The position numbers and the translations under genes were made by a program. This document shows, in pieces, positions 41,001-53,540 of a DNA stretch of 64,000 nucleotides (its first letter is position 1; each line of letters begins with the position of its first letter). This DNA comes from Callorhinchus milii. Its lineage: Eukaryota. The DNA is taken from positions 115,074,001 through 115,138,000 of the forward strand of contig NW_024704743.1 in NCBI RefSeq assembly GCF_018977255.1, given 5' to 3'. The notes beneath the pieces are model-generated. The model was not told the DNA's origin. It saw only the letters and a list, made by a program, of their open reading frames with translations, and did not search any database.

Positions 41001-41394
41001 TCCCCCAGATAAATTAGTCACTCACTCCATGGTTGTTTGTGGGACACTGCTGTGTGCAATTGGCTGCCGTGCTTTGCCCACAAAATACAGAGTCAATCCA
41101 CTTTACAGTATATACTGTGAAGCGCTTTGAGATGGCTTGATGACGTGATAAGGCGCTATATCAAATGCAAAGATTATTTGTGTAACTTACCTCTTGCCTT
41201 GTATCTTTGACTGTGCATAACTTGTATAGAACATATATCTGCTCAATCCATCCATGTTGCCCTCTCTTCGCCCGCCTTTAGATCTCCCCAGCTGGGTGTC
41301 AAACTTGCTATTGTTAACCCGTCTGAGACACTATCCCACGTGAAGGGCACTGTATGAATTGCAAGTCATTCTAAATGGCTCGGTCACATATCAA

Positions 41395-41775
41395 CAACAA
41401 CAACAACTTGCACTTATATAGCGCCCTCCATGCAGGGTAGCGTCTCAGAGCGCTTAACAGTGGCAGAGCCTGACTCCGAGCCGGGGGGTGTGGGGAGGGA
41501 GGTGACCGTAAGCGCGGTCAAAAAGGAAGGTGTTCAGGCGGAACTTGAAAGAGGGGGCGAGAGGGGACAAGGCGGAGGGATTGAGGAAGAGCGTTCCACA
41601 GTTTCGGGGCAGAGTGGCTGAAAGCACGACCTCCGAGGGTGGGGCGGAGGGTGCGAGGGACGAGCAGAAGGCTGATTCCAGTCGAACGGAGGCGCCGTGT
41701 GGTGGATTGAGGAGTGAGGAGGTCGGAGAGGAAGAGAGGTGCCAGAGAGTGAAGGGATTTGAACACGAACATCAG
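41395..41775 (-). mobile_element. L2 LINE 3' end, second family (different tail stem-loop)
   Basis: FKSLHSLAPLFLSDLL...GGRAFSHSAPKLWNALP; tail gagacgctaccctgcatggagggcgc plus (TTG)n. Confidence 0.88.
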
Positions 41776-42130
41776 TGGTTGATGGTGTGAATAAAGTTGC
41801 CGTACATGACAAGAAAAGTACGGTGAATTTATAGTTTTGCTTTCATACAGTTTGGCATTTTCCTATAATTTCTAAGAAACCCATGTGATTCTCATCGGCA
41901 AATCCAGCAGGACGACAATTATTGTTGGGTTGTTGTGTAAAAGCCGTGCAGAGCTGTGGAAAACTCAAGCTGTTTACAATAGAAATGATGGTAATGACGG
42001 GAAAGGAAGAAAATGTGTCTGACCTTCTCTCCTGCGTATGCATGCTGATAGTTATACTGGCTCGTCCCCAGAACCAGGCAGGCAGGCAGGCAGGCAGGCA
42101 GAGCTCGCCAGTTTTGTTTCACGTTCTTAA

Positions 42131-42438
42131 CGGAATCCTATAGCTCAGTGGTTTAGAGCACTCGCTTTGCAAGCGAGAGACCTGGGTTCGATTCCCGCAG
42201 GGTGAAACCTTGGGCAAGTTTCCTTACTCAACACGCCTGATAATAATCCCTCAAGGAAAAACAATACTAAATTTCAATCCATGACTGTTTGTGGGACACT
42301 GTTGTGCACAATTGGCTGCTGCATTTCGCCCAGAAATATACAGTCAATTCACTTTACAGTCTATTCTGTAAAGCGCTTTGAGACTTCTAGAAGACGTGAA
42401 AAGCACTATATCAAATACAAGGATTATTATTATTATTA
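42131..42438 (+). mobile_element. tRNA-derived SINE, short form
   Basis: A/B boxes, shared tail with TAGAA loop. Confidence 0.9.
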
Positions 42439-45400
42439 ATGCTCTAAAGTGCACAGCTTATCCTCTGAAGCGGATTGGGGACATTTCATACCCTGAGATA
42501 AAGGAACAAATGAAAAGCCAAGTTCTTATGTTCTTACCCTTTAAAACTTGGTCCGAATCATTTGCAGAAATTGAGACGTCGGGATGTTAATAAGTTACTT
42601 TCTTTGGCAAAACGACATTTGATCCTAATGTTTAGTGCCAATGATTTAAGTACGGTACATTGTTTTTATTTTGAAGATGTGCTAATTCAAATTTAAACCT
42701 CCCACCCCTATTAGGAGGGGATGTATTTGTATCTTAGTTTGCAAATAAGCCGAGGAACTCCAGGGAGATGATTTTCAGTTGGATTCTTAATCGTCCAGGC
42801 TGATGCTCCAATGTTGTGCAATAGCAGGCGGGGGTGGGGAGGTGGGGGTGGGAGATAGAACTATAGAAGTTTATGGCACAGAAGGAGGCCATTCGGCGCA
42901 TCGTGTCTGTGTCGACTCCCTCCAAAGCGAGGCTTTCAGTCCTGTTTTCCTGCCCTTTCCCATACCCCTGTGTCTGACTCTGTCGTGTTGCATTTTGGAT
43001 GAGGCGTTTCGGGTCTCGCCTGCTTCTAGTTCAAGTGGAGAGTTAGAGAATCCTATTTAGGGAAAAGATAGAGGAGTTTGTCGTGCTGGCCGCGCCTTGG
43101 GACGTGCTCCTGACGTGAAAGGCGCTATAGAACTGTAATTTGTTGTTGTTGGACAAGAATGCTCCAGATTAAATGGTTACAGCTGTTTTGTGGCTGCTTG
43201 GTGTGTGCAAATTGACTATTGTGTTTCCCCACAACAAATACACAGTCACTACATCTGATGGTGGTTAAGGCTTGAAAGCGCTTTTGAGATATTTTTATGA
43301 TATCGGCACTGAATCAAATGCGAGGATTATTGTTGCTTGTTGTAGTTATTAATGGGAACAAAATGAAGAAAACCACTGTAAAGCCTGCCTTCAGAGGAAA
43401 CTTTCTGAACAAGTGGGAAGGAATTGTACTGAGTTAGCGGAATAAATCCAGAGACCAATGTTCTGCAGTGATTTTTTGTCCCATTTGAAGTCCTTGCCAT
43501 TGCGTGCATGCAGTTAGTAATGATGCATCAATACTTTCTATCAAGATTTAGCCTTTGGTGGATGGTGAAGTGTGCAGTTCGAGGCTGCTGGCAGCTTTTG
43601 ACTCGTGACCCAGAACGCTCTCGTTCTGACGTACTTTAGAAGATTTCTGTTTCCTCTCACGTCCCTTAAAGGCCCCACTGATTGTGGGTGGCTGCAGCCC
43701 TTTAGGGAGGGGGCTGGCGATGGGAATGGTTCGCTCTACGGTGCAGGCTTTAATCGGTTTCCTGCTTGGCTCACAGCACAATGGATCTGCCTGCTTGATG
43801 TTGAGCTCTAGCCAGGAGGCAAAGCTTCCTGCCCCGTGCTCACCATCCTGGCTTATTTCCCCTACAGCTGCCTGGCCTTGATTGTTGGCTAGTGTCCCAG
43901 ACTGATCCGCCCTGGGACTGACAATAGTACAACTGCAGCTGACAGGTGGAGACCAAAGCTAAGGTCCACATTGCAGCTCAGTTCCTGCCGGGTAGAACGG
44001 CCGGTGGAGTTCGCTTCAGATCTGGGAATATTGTTACAACCACTTCTCATAAAGTACTTGCCTCCTTTTCCAATTTGCCTAGAAATCCAGTATGCCGTTC
44101 ATCTCTCGTACGAGGCTAAAATCATTCCCAAGTTACTCGATTGTTTTTGGACGTAACCTCGGCTTTTGGGGTCTATTGTTACTAAAACCACTGTCTTGAA
44201 ATTTTAAGATCGTGCAGAATTTTGAAAAAAAATTCTTAAATTCAAATACCCCTCATCACGGGTTTGAAAAAAAATCCTGGCATTTGATATAACTCCTTTC
44301 ACATCAGGAAGGTGTCTCAAAGCTCACAGGATTCACTGTAACGAATCATGATGAAGGGTTGCAGTACTACCCGTACTAAACTCCGCACCCCCATCACACT
44401 AATTCTAGTCAGGCTTCACTGGTACCTTATTGCCGAATGGATCGATTTTAAGATCCTCACACTCAATTTAAATCCCTTCATGCCCCGGCACCTCCCTACC
44501 TCTCCGACCTGCTTACCCCTTCTCAACCCACAACCCGCTGCCTCTGCTCGACTGGCTTCGTCCAGCCTTCCAGCATGTCCCTTTGTGCCCTCCGTTCCAA
44601 CATTAGTGGCCGTGCTTTTTTACAGGTGAGCATGGCAGCCAATTCTCACACAGCCAGTGTCACCCAAGAAAACATTTAATCTGTAAGGGGAATATCGATT
44701 AGTTGTCTTTGAATTCCTTAATCGTATGGATTCATTGAAATTATCCAGGATGGATGCAAAAAGGTGAGTGTGTGTCTGGAAAATTTCCATCCTATTTTCT
44801 TTATTGTAGAAATGATGACACTTGAGGAATTTCAGTTGTAGCCGAGGGAAACTGTGCACATGACAAGGGTGAGAGGACACTCTGGCTAAATCAGAGGCCA
44901 GTGAATTTTTCACAGAAGACTCCATCCCTTCACAGTACAGACCGAGATTAGGAACGCAGTGAAGTTGGGATGGTTGTAACAAGTTGGGCCATTGAATTGG
45001 CAAATGTCTATTAAAATTTGGATTGAACCTCCGCATATAAAAGGATATGGAGGGCAAATGTACTGTAGAATCTATTCTGTTACTCCTGCTTTAATGGCAA
45101 AAGATGACTTTATTTTATTTAGCAGGAAGAATTGAATACAAATGATTTAGAAAATTTTGGTAGTCTGCATTGGTTAAATATTTACCAATTTCTTCCAGTT
45201 TTCCCTATAACTGTTTCCTTTGGTATTCAACCTTGATTCACTTGCATTGTACCCTGTTCAATTTGGTTAATTTGGGCATTCTCATGTAAAGCATCTAATG
45301 CCCAGACTCGGCTGACACACCAGTGCTATGTTGGTGAAATGCTGCATTGTTAGGGGTCCTATCCTACAGATGAGACATAAAACCAAGGTCTTATCTGCCT

Positions 45401-46485
45401 GTTCAGTGGACGTTATAGATCCCATGGTATTATTAGGAAAGAGAAGGGAATATCTCCCTGGCCAACAATCCCCCAGATAAAACAACAACAATAATTATGG
45501 ACAGTGCTCTTCGTTGAGTAGTGTTTTGGAGCAGAACCAATAACAACTTCATGGCTGTTTGTGGAACAATTGTGAATTAGCTGCATGTTCATCCTACAAG
45601 TACACAGTGACTACAATCCACAGTAAACATGAGTCAAAATTAGTCCTTCCATGACATGATAAGGCAAGGATATCATTCTTATTAGTAAGTTCACTGCAAG
45701 CCAACATAGGGCACCATAACAAATGCAAGGATTATTTATTTAAATATTGTTCTGGTTTACCTTCAGTAACCACTTGTGGGATTCCATGTTCCAATAACTT
45801 TAACAGTGGAAAGAACCTGATATCTAACTTTGTGAAAAAATATTTAAATTTTTTTGAAAAAATCAAGAAACTCAGGGAAGGAAGGAAATAGAGGGAAATA
45901 AACTAATAAATGATTTACTATATATCCTTTCTGCCTCATTTAATAGTTTTGGATTTGAAACATATTCCACTTTTCAGTATGCTTTGCAGTGTATGGCAGG
46001 GATTTATGAATGAAACAGAGAAAGTGTACGTTTCTGGATATTATTTAATTTCCATAATTATTACACGACTAAATAATTATTTTAAAAAAAAATTGAAGGG
46101 ATTATTGCCCTCAGAAAGCGATCCGCCAATTGATTAACAACTGAGTTCCCTGTCTCTGCTAGTTAACCAGAGCCGTATGGAGTAAAGAAACTTACCTAAG
46201 GTTTTGCCCTGCCTGGGAATTGAACTACTGTCCCGTGTGTAGTGACTGTTTTTGTAAGCAAATGAGACAGACCTTCTACACAGGGCACAATTCCACGAGC
46301 AGCACTGATGTGAATGAACAATTCCTACCTGTGGGGATTGTTAGCCACGAAATTGGGAAAAACTCCCTTCTCTTTCCAAACAGTATCTTTAGTGTCATAG
46401 GATCATTAACCTGAACAAAGCTCTAAGCCGCCCTCTTTCCCCCAACCCTGCTGCGCCCCTCTCATAATCTTTCTCCTTTTCTAAG

Positions 46486-46537
46486 GCCATAAGTGCATTC
46501 ATCACCGGGCCAGGGTTGCTTTCGTCATTGCAAAAGG
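46486..46537 (+). other. Candidate 52-nt exon on the + strand
   Basis: ctttctccttttctaag acceptor; AGG|GTGAGT donor. Confidence 0.35.
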
Positions 46538-47144
46538 GTGAGTTTGCTGGCGAAACACAATAGATTCATATTTTCCACTGAAGCTAAATCGCTCCCTGCC
46601 CCTGCCACTTGGGAACCTTTGCTGAAAGGGAAAAATAGGAGATAGCTAAGTACATGCAGTAGACATTATTTATCACTGTGAAATAACATGTTTGCACCTT
46701 TCACGTAAGAGAACATCTCGGACGCACAGCAATCAGGAGGGGAAACCCTGCCTGTTTTTCCACCATGTCCTCCCTTTTCTGTTCTCCTCCCATTCCTCCT
46801 ATTTTTCTATTCCGTTTCCCACCCCCCCTTCCCCTCCCCAGCCTCCGCGGTGGGTCACTGAGGGCAGTTGTACATTCCCAGGTGAAATCAGCCAACTGAT
46901 CGCAGGCCAACAATTAAACGTGTTGATCTTCTGCTGTGTGTGGCTCAGTGACGCACGGGGCGGTGCTTTTTAACCATTAGACTATCGGGGAGCTTCAGTC
47001 CCTCACAGTATCATCGCTGAAATGTGTTCAGACAACTGAGAGCCTGAAAAAGAGGCAGACTGTCACAGAGAGAGAGAAAGAGAGAGAACCATTTGCTTAT
47101 CTAAATGTGTGCAGAGAGTTGCCATAACCTCTGTGTAAAGGTTA

Positions 47145-47473
47145 TAATAATAATATAATAATAATAATTGTTGCATTTGATATAGCGCTTTTCACTTCTT
47201 ATCCACGTCTCAAAGCGCTTCACAGAATAGACTGTAAAGTGAATTGACCGTATATTTGTGGGCAAACGTGGCAGCCAATTGCGCACAGCAGTGTCCCACA
47301 AAACAGTTGTGGATTGAAAATGGCCAATTTATTATTGTTTTTGTTTTTTGGAGGGATTATTATTAGGCGTGTGAAGTAAGGAAACTTGCCCAAGGTTTCG
47401 CCCTGCCTGGAATTGAACCCAGGTGTCTCGCTTGCAAGGCGAATGCTCTAACCACTGAGCTACAGGACTCCAC
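47145..47473 (-). mobile_element. tRNA-derived SINE, short form
   Basis: Full head to (ATT)n tail. Confidence 0.9.
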
Positions 47474-47981
47474 ATAACATGCACCTGATCTTTCGATGTG
47501 GTTTAACTCTTAATGTGTCCTAAACCGTTTCACCGCACGGTTGTGAGCCATCTAGTCTTGATGTGGCAACAAGACGACTTGCATTTATATAGCGCCATTC
47601 AGGTGGGGTAGCGTCCCGGAGCGTTGGCTAGCAGCAAGTTAGGCTGGTTTTACTCCTGAGTCAGCAGCATGGTTTGAGAGATTCTATTGCTTAGTAATGG
47701 CTGTGGGAAACCATCGAATGTGGTCTCGAGTTTCAACCTCCAAATTTACAATAAAATATATGGATTAGATGTAGCACCAATAGCAGCTGTGGAGAACATG
47801 ATAGTGATCTTTAAAGGGTTAACCCTAGTTTAGCTGCAGCTCACCGGATGCTCTAATAGGACTTTTCTTACAAAAAAAGCTCTGTATAATTCATATTTTA
47901 GAAACAATGCAGACTTTGCTGTAGCCTGAAATCCTTGTACAAAGCGTTTCTCAAATGCTCTGTGGTGTATAATGACAGGTC

Positions 47982-48402
47982 TCAGCCTGGCTCAGTTGGT
48001 TGCACTCTCGCCTCTGAATCAGAAAGTTGTAAGTCCGACTGCCCTCAGTGAGGTGGAGCTCATGATCTCGGCTGACGCTTCAGTGTAACGCTGGGGTGGG
48101 GTGTGTTTAGCTGCTCTATTGGAGGTACAGTCCTTCTAATGACATGTTGATCTGAGGTCACCCCTGCCTGTTCAGGTGGACATTAAAGGTACTATTTGAA
48201 AAGAGAAGTGAGTGTCTCCCGGTGGCCAGCAATCCCCCAGATAAAAATGATCATTTGCTTCATGGCTGTTTGTGGGACATTGCTGTGCATAATTTGGCTG
48301 CTGGATTTGCCTACAAAATTGCAGTCACTAAACTTTACAATAAAAACGTCCTCCTGATATGAAAGGTGCTATATCAAATGCAAGGATTATTATTATTATT
48401 AT
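47982..48402 (+). mobile_element. Deu-domain SINE with tRNA head
   Basis: ggctcagttggttgcactctcgcctctgaatcagaa head plus Deu-like core plus L2-type tail. Confidence 0.78.
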
Positions 48403-49739
48403 TTATAGGTGAATGCAGCGGCCAGTTAGCACACAGCATTGTCTCTCAGATATGCACAAAATGAACAACCGATTGCTCTGGAGGACACCGAGACTTGTCT
48501 TTTCGAAAAATGGCGTGGGAACTTTAGCTTTCACCTGAACAAGGACACGATCAGGGCCCCAGTTTAATGCCTCCTACCAAGAATAGCACCTCCTATACTT
48601 CATCATTAATAATAATATTGCTTCCATTTGCGATAGCACCTTATCACGTCTTCAAGTCATCTCAAAGTGCTTTGCAGAATATACTCTAGAGTGAATTGAC
48701 TGTGTAATTTTGTGGGTGAAACGCATTAATTGAGCACAGCAGTGTCCCACAAACGGTTGTGGGTTGAGTCACCAAATTATTTTTTTTAGGGGAAAAACAA
48801 TCCGCCAATCGACTAACAACCGGGTTCCTATTTACTGCTAGGTGAACAGAGGCGTGTGGAGTAAGAAAACCTGCCCAACAATTTGCCAATTTGCGAGGCG
48901 AGTGCTCTAACCACTGAGCTACAGGACTCCACGCATCGGAGCATCAGCCTGCACTATTCAATACAAAATTACATTTGTGTCGCGCTTTTCACGTCAGGAG
49001 GAAGTCCCAAGGCGTTGGCTCCTATGACGATGGGTCATACAAACATGGGAACAGGAGTAGATCATTTCAGCCCCTGGAGCCTGTTCTGCAATTCTATTAG
49101 ACCATGGCTGACCTGTACCTCAACTCTGTTTACCCGCATTATTTATCCACCTCAGCCTTGAAAATTTCAATTGAATTGGGTCAGTCAGAATTGGGTTCAA
49201 GTTGCTTATTAGGACTTTGAGCTCAGAGTGCGACCAGCTGAGCTCAAGAGTGCTACCAGCTGAGTAAGGCTGACACATGAGAACGCATAAGAAAAGAAGT
49301 GTTTACATTTTGTGTTTGACGTGCGGTTGATTGATATCACAATCCCCATCAGTTGAGATAGTGTTGCTAGAACTGCTGTCATGTCGCAACCAAACCACAG
49401 AGAAGCAGCTGGCTGAGAGACATTAAAGGGCTGAGCTTCAGCTCTGGCTGGTGCAGTTGGACTTGTCTTCAGCCTCTGTATTAATTCAGAAGAAGTCTGG
49501 CCACGGCCCTAGGCAGCCCCTGCAGTGTGACACCTTTGCACCCGTGGCAATGGTGACATTATGACCAAAGGGAGGCCTGCCCCTTTGAATGGGTTCTGTG
49601 GGATTCCAGCAAGCAGCCTAGATGGGATTGCAACAATATATGGATCAGGGGCTAGCATGTTTTGAGTTTTTACTAATGCAGATTGTTCTACGAGTTATTA
49701 TAGATATGTTGGATTGCTGTGCTTGTTCCTGTTGTTGTA

Positions 49740-49951
49740 TGTCTTGAATTTATGGAATTCACTACCTCAGAAGGCTGTAGATGCTCAGTCCTTGAACATC
49801 TTCAAGACTGAGACTGATAGATTTTTAAAAAATAGAGGGATTAGGAGATATGGGGATAGGGCAGGTAATCAGAGTTAGGTGAGAAGATCAGCCATGAGCT
49901 TATTGAATGGCGGGGCAGGCTCGGGGGGGCCGAATGGCCTACTCCAGCTCC
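49740..49951 (+). mobile_element. CR1 3' end (target of an L2 insertion; resumes at 51056-51090)
   Basis: gatcagccatg...gaatggcctactcc tail, continued after the L2 as gctcctaattcttac...atgttcttatg. Confidence 0.82.
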
Positions 49952-51055
49952 CGCACTGTCTCGTGTGGTGTCCCTCAGGGCTCTGTCCTCGGTCCCCTCC
50001 TCTTCACCCTCTATATGCTCCCCCTTGGTGATATCATCCGCAGACATGGGGTTAACTTCCACATGTATGCGGATGACACCCAACTCTACCTTTCCTCCTC
50101 TACCCTCAACTCCACGACCACCGATGTCCTGACAGCTGCCTGTCCGACATCGAGTCCTGGACGAGAGACAACTTTCTCCAGCTCAACGTGTGCAAAACCG
50201 AGGCCCTCCTGATTGGCTCACATCAGCGCCTCCGCACCTCAGGCGCTGACAGCATCAGCATCCAAGGCTGCACTCTCCACCTCTCAAAGCCATCAGGAAC
50301 CTCGGGGTTCTGTTCGACCCTGAGCTGTCCTTTCTCCCTCATATCCGCGCCACAACTGGCACCGCCTTCCATCACCTCCGGAACATCGCCAGACTACGGC
50401 ACTACCTCACCCCTCACGCTGCTGAAACCCTGGTCCACGCCTTTATCACCTCAAGGCTGGACTATGGGAACTCTCTCCTCGCCGGCCTTCCCAGCACCTC
50501 CCTCCACAAGCTGCAGGTCATTCAGAACTCTGCAGCTCGTGTACTGTCCCGCACCAGGCTTCGGGACCACATCACTCCCACCCTCGCTCGCCTCCACTGG
50601 CTCCCCATCCCCCAGAGGATCGATTCAAGATCCTCATCCTCACCTACAAGGCCATTCACGGTTTTGCTCCCTCCTACCTCTCCGACCTACTATCCCCCTA
50701 CTTACCTGCCCGTACCTTCAGTTCCTCTGGCTCCGGTCTGCTCCACATCCCCTGCCCCAACCGCCCTACCATCGGTGGCCGGGCCTTCAGCCTCTCAGCC
50801 CCGAGGCTCTGGAACTCCATCCCCCAGTGCCTTCGCCGCTTCCTCCCTTTCCTCCTTCAAGGCCGGTCTCAAGACCTTTCTCTTTGACCGTGCCTTCAGC
50901 TCCCCTCTCGACTCTCTGCCCCTTCCTCGCTCCCTCCCTTCCCTCCCCTCACCCTGACCATTTCCCCCCGGCTCGGGTCCTGACCCAACTGTACAGCGCC
51001 TTGGGACGTCCTCCCGACGTGAAAGGTGCTCTGTAAATGGAATCTTGTTGTTGTT
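49952..51055 (+). mobile_element. Young 5'-truncated L2 LINE (RT C-terminal half)
   Basis: [21 protein letters not shown]...YADDTQLY; few frameshifts; complete tail. Confidence 0.95.
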
Positions 51056-51843
51056 GCTCCTAATTCTTACATTCATATGTTCTTATGTTAGGTTATAATA
51101 AAGAGTAGCACCTTGGAAGGGGTAAATGCCAGCATTTTATATGTTACGGCTCAGACTTAAGGCATTGGGGTGACGTAAAATATATACTTGTGTGTTTGAA
51201 TTGGTTAATATAACCGGGATACTGGTTTTTTGTTCCCGACTCGAGAAGCCCCAAGTCTGATCATTGAAGCATTGGGTATCAGATACCAATCTCTGTGACG
51301 CGCTTCGAATGCAAGTTCGGAAATCAACCACTGCTTTACCGAGGCCATTTTGCGACCTGCCTTGCTTCTCACATTGTCACTCCAACACCATTCTCTGTCG
51401 TCTCTCGGCAGTGACCAGTCACATTGGTGCTCACTCTGCTCCAATATATATCTGCTCCACTCTCCTTGCTTTGCTGTCTGATCAACTAAAGATCTGAGTA
51501 GTTTTGTGCGTGTGCGTGGTGGTGGGTGGAGAGGGGTCGAGTATTCTGCTTTGACAGCTCTCATTTTCACCACTAGATGGAGTGGAAGGAATAAAAGTGA
51601 CCACCACTGTGGGAGAGTTGGGTGGGTGGGGTGTGTGATGACTTCTTGACCGTGCCTATGGTGACCTCCCTTTCACCCCTAGCTCGGCGTTAAACTCCGC
51701 CATTGTTAAGCGCTCAGGTGCTACCTGGCGTGAAGTGCGCTGTATAAATGCAAGTTGTTATTGTCGTTGCGAGTCTGAACCATCCACTGTTCAGTTGCTC
51801 AGATGCACAGCATTGTTGAAGCTGCTATTCAATTAAACAAATG

Positions 51844-52298
51844 AAGTTCAAACAAATGCATAAGCCGTAACAGTTGGCAACATACATTTTTTACGACTTA
51901 GGCAAAGTCCGAGTTACGTACGGGGAATCAAAGTCAGAGAGAACTCTGTAACGGATCAGCTTCGGGTCTTCTGTTGGGTTGCGCACTCCCTCCACCGTTC
52001 ACCATTGCTGGCCAAGCCTTTGGCACCTGCCTTTGGAAATCCTCTTGCCGCCTCACCGTCTCTCCCTGCCTTCAAAACCCCCTTTTTTTAAAAAAAAACA
52101 CTTTCACTATACAATAAAACTCGCATCAGTATAAATCATATAATTGCCATACAAGTCTGATCTGTGTAAGTCGTACATCTGCCCAAGTCCCGATCAGGAG
52201 TTTATATTCTATGCTAGTTCTGACATAACTCGTACTTTGCATACGTCGTAAAAAATGTATGTCTCTAACTGATATGACTTATGGATTTGTTTGCACTG
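51844..52298. mobile_element. MITE-like element with ~80-bp terminal inverted repeats
   Basis: 51844-51922 is the reverse complement of 52220-52298 (shared catacattttttacgac core). Confidence 0.75.
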
Positions 52299-52899
52299 TC
52301 AGCGGTGTACCCTCTTTGGATGAGGTTATTCTTGATTTTACACGTCTGGTACTCTTTTTTATGATCTCGAAAAGTCCTGTTTAAAGTCAAGGTCTGGTGT
52401 TAGCAGAACTTATCTACAGGTCAGGGTGGGTGGAGGTAATGCGGAAGGTATGGTAATGATTCTCGGTGTGATATTTTAAATGCAGATGTTCCTCTGTTAC
52501 TTTTTCAAGGTTTGGGTGGTTTGGGGAAAAGAATTGCAAAAGAGCAGCAATTTTTAGTGAAAACATTTCCGACAAAACTGTCTCTCTGAGGACTCTTGTT
52601 TTCCCCTTTGGAAAGTACTAGTTTCGCCAGAAACATGGGATGTAATTGTGACTTGTGAATCGAAGTGGTGCTTCCACAGAATGGCACTCTTTTCCCCTTT
52701 CCCTGACCTCTCCTTTCCTCCCCTCCCAATAATACAGGACCACTTTCTAGATCAGGGCGAAATCTAAGGTTTCCTTTTTGTGAATGACTCGAGCAGACTC
52801 GACCTTTGTGGAGGTTCCGGTCATTGTTTTCTCTTAGTGGCACATATACACATACAGACTGAGGGATGGGGTGGTTGTAGATGTGCGCGCGCGTGTGTG

Positions 52900-53135
52900 A
52901 TTTTAAAACAGGGTGTGCGTGTTGCTTGTGTGTGTGTTGCTTGTGTGTGTGTTGCTCGTGCATGTGTGTACGTATTGCTCGTGCATGTGTGTGTGTATTG
53001 CTCGTGCATGTGTGTGAGTGTTGCTCGTGCATGTGTGTGTGTGTTGCTCACGTGTGTGCTTGTTGCTTGCATATATGTGTGCCTTTTGCTTGCATGTGTG
53101 TGTGTGTTTGTGTGTGTGTGTGCATATGTGTGTGA
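52900..53135. repeat. (TG)-rich ~22-23-bp repeat (ttgctcgtgcatgtgtgtg)
   Basis: Direct reading. Confidence 0.9.
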
Positions 53136-53400
53136 GAACTGTCCTCTCCTGTTGACTGGTGTGTCCCGGAGCTTGTACTAAACTGAATAACATGTTGTAC
53201 TGTGCAGAAGGCTCGGGTTGCTCTAGGTGCTGGCTTGAGGCCAGAGCAACTAGACCTTACAGATTTGTGTGGCAGCCAACTGTGAATGGCTGTTCAGTTC
53301 CCCACAGAGGCGGCCTCTTTCTCTGTTTTACCCCTAAGCTGTCATCTGAGTTTGCTAATTGGACACAGACCTTGCGTAGGCAAACGTTTTTGACTTGCAG

Positions 53401-53540
53401 GAAATGCATTGTTTTGAGGCTTATCCGAGATGCAAGGAAGGTTCGAAGCACTCGGATAAGCCTGCCGGGGGAGAGGGAGGAAGGGATGTCTCAGCCTGCA
53501 GCTGTACCATCAGATGCCGTAGATTTCCAACAGCACTGAG
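53401..53540 (+). other. Candidate 140-nt exon with an open frame (EMHCFEAYPRCKEGSKHSDKPAGGEGGRDVSACSCTIRCRRFPTAL)
   Basis: tttttgacttgcag acceptor, GAG|GTATTC donor, non-repetitive context. Confidence 0.4.

Noticed and set aside
50188..51036. 282-aa ORF, the longest in the track
   Set aside because: Mostly off-frame read-through of a frameshifted L2 in C-rich, stop-poor sequence
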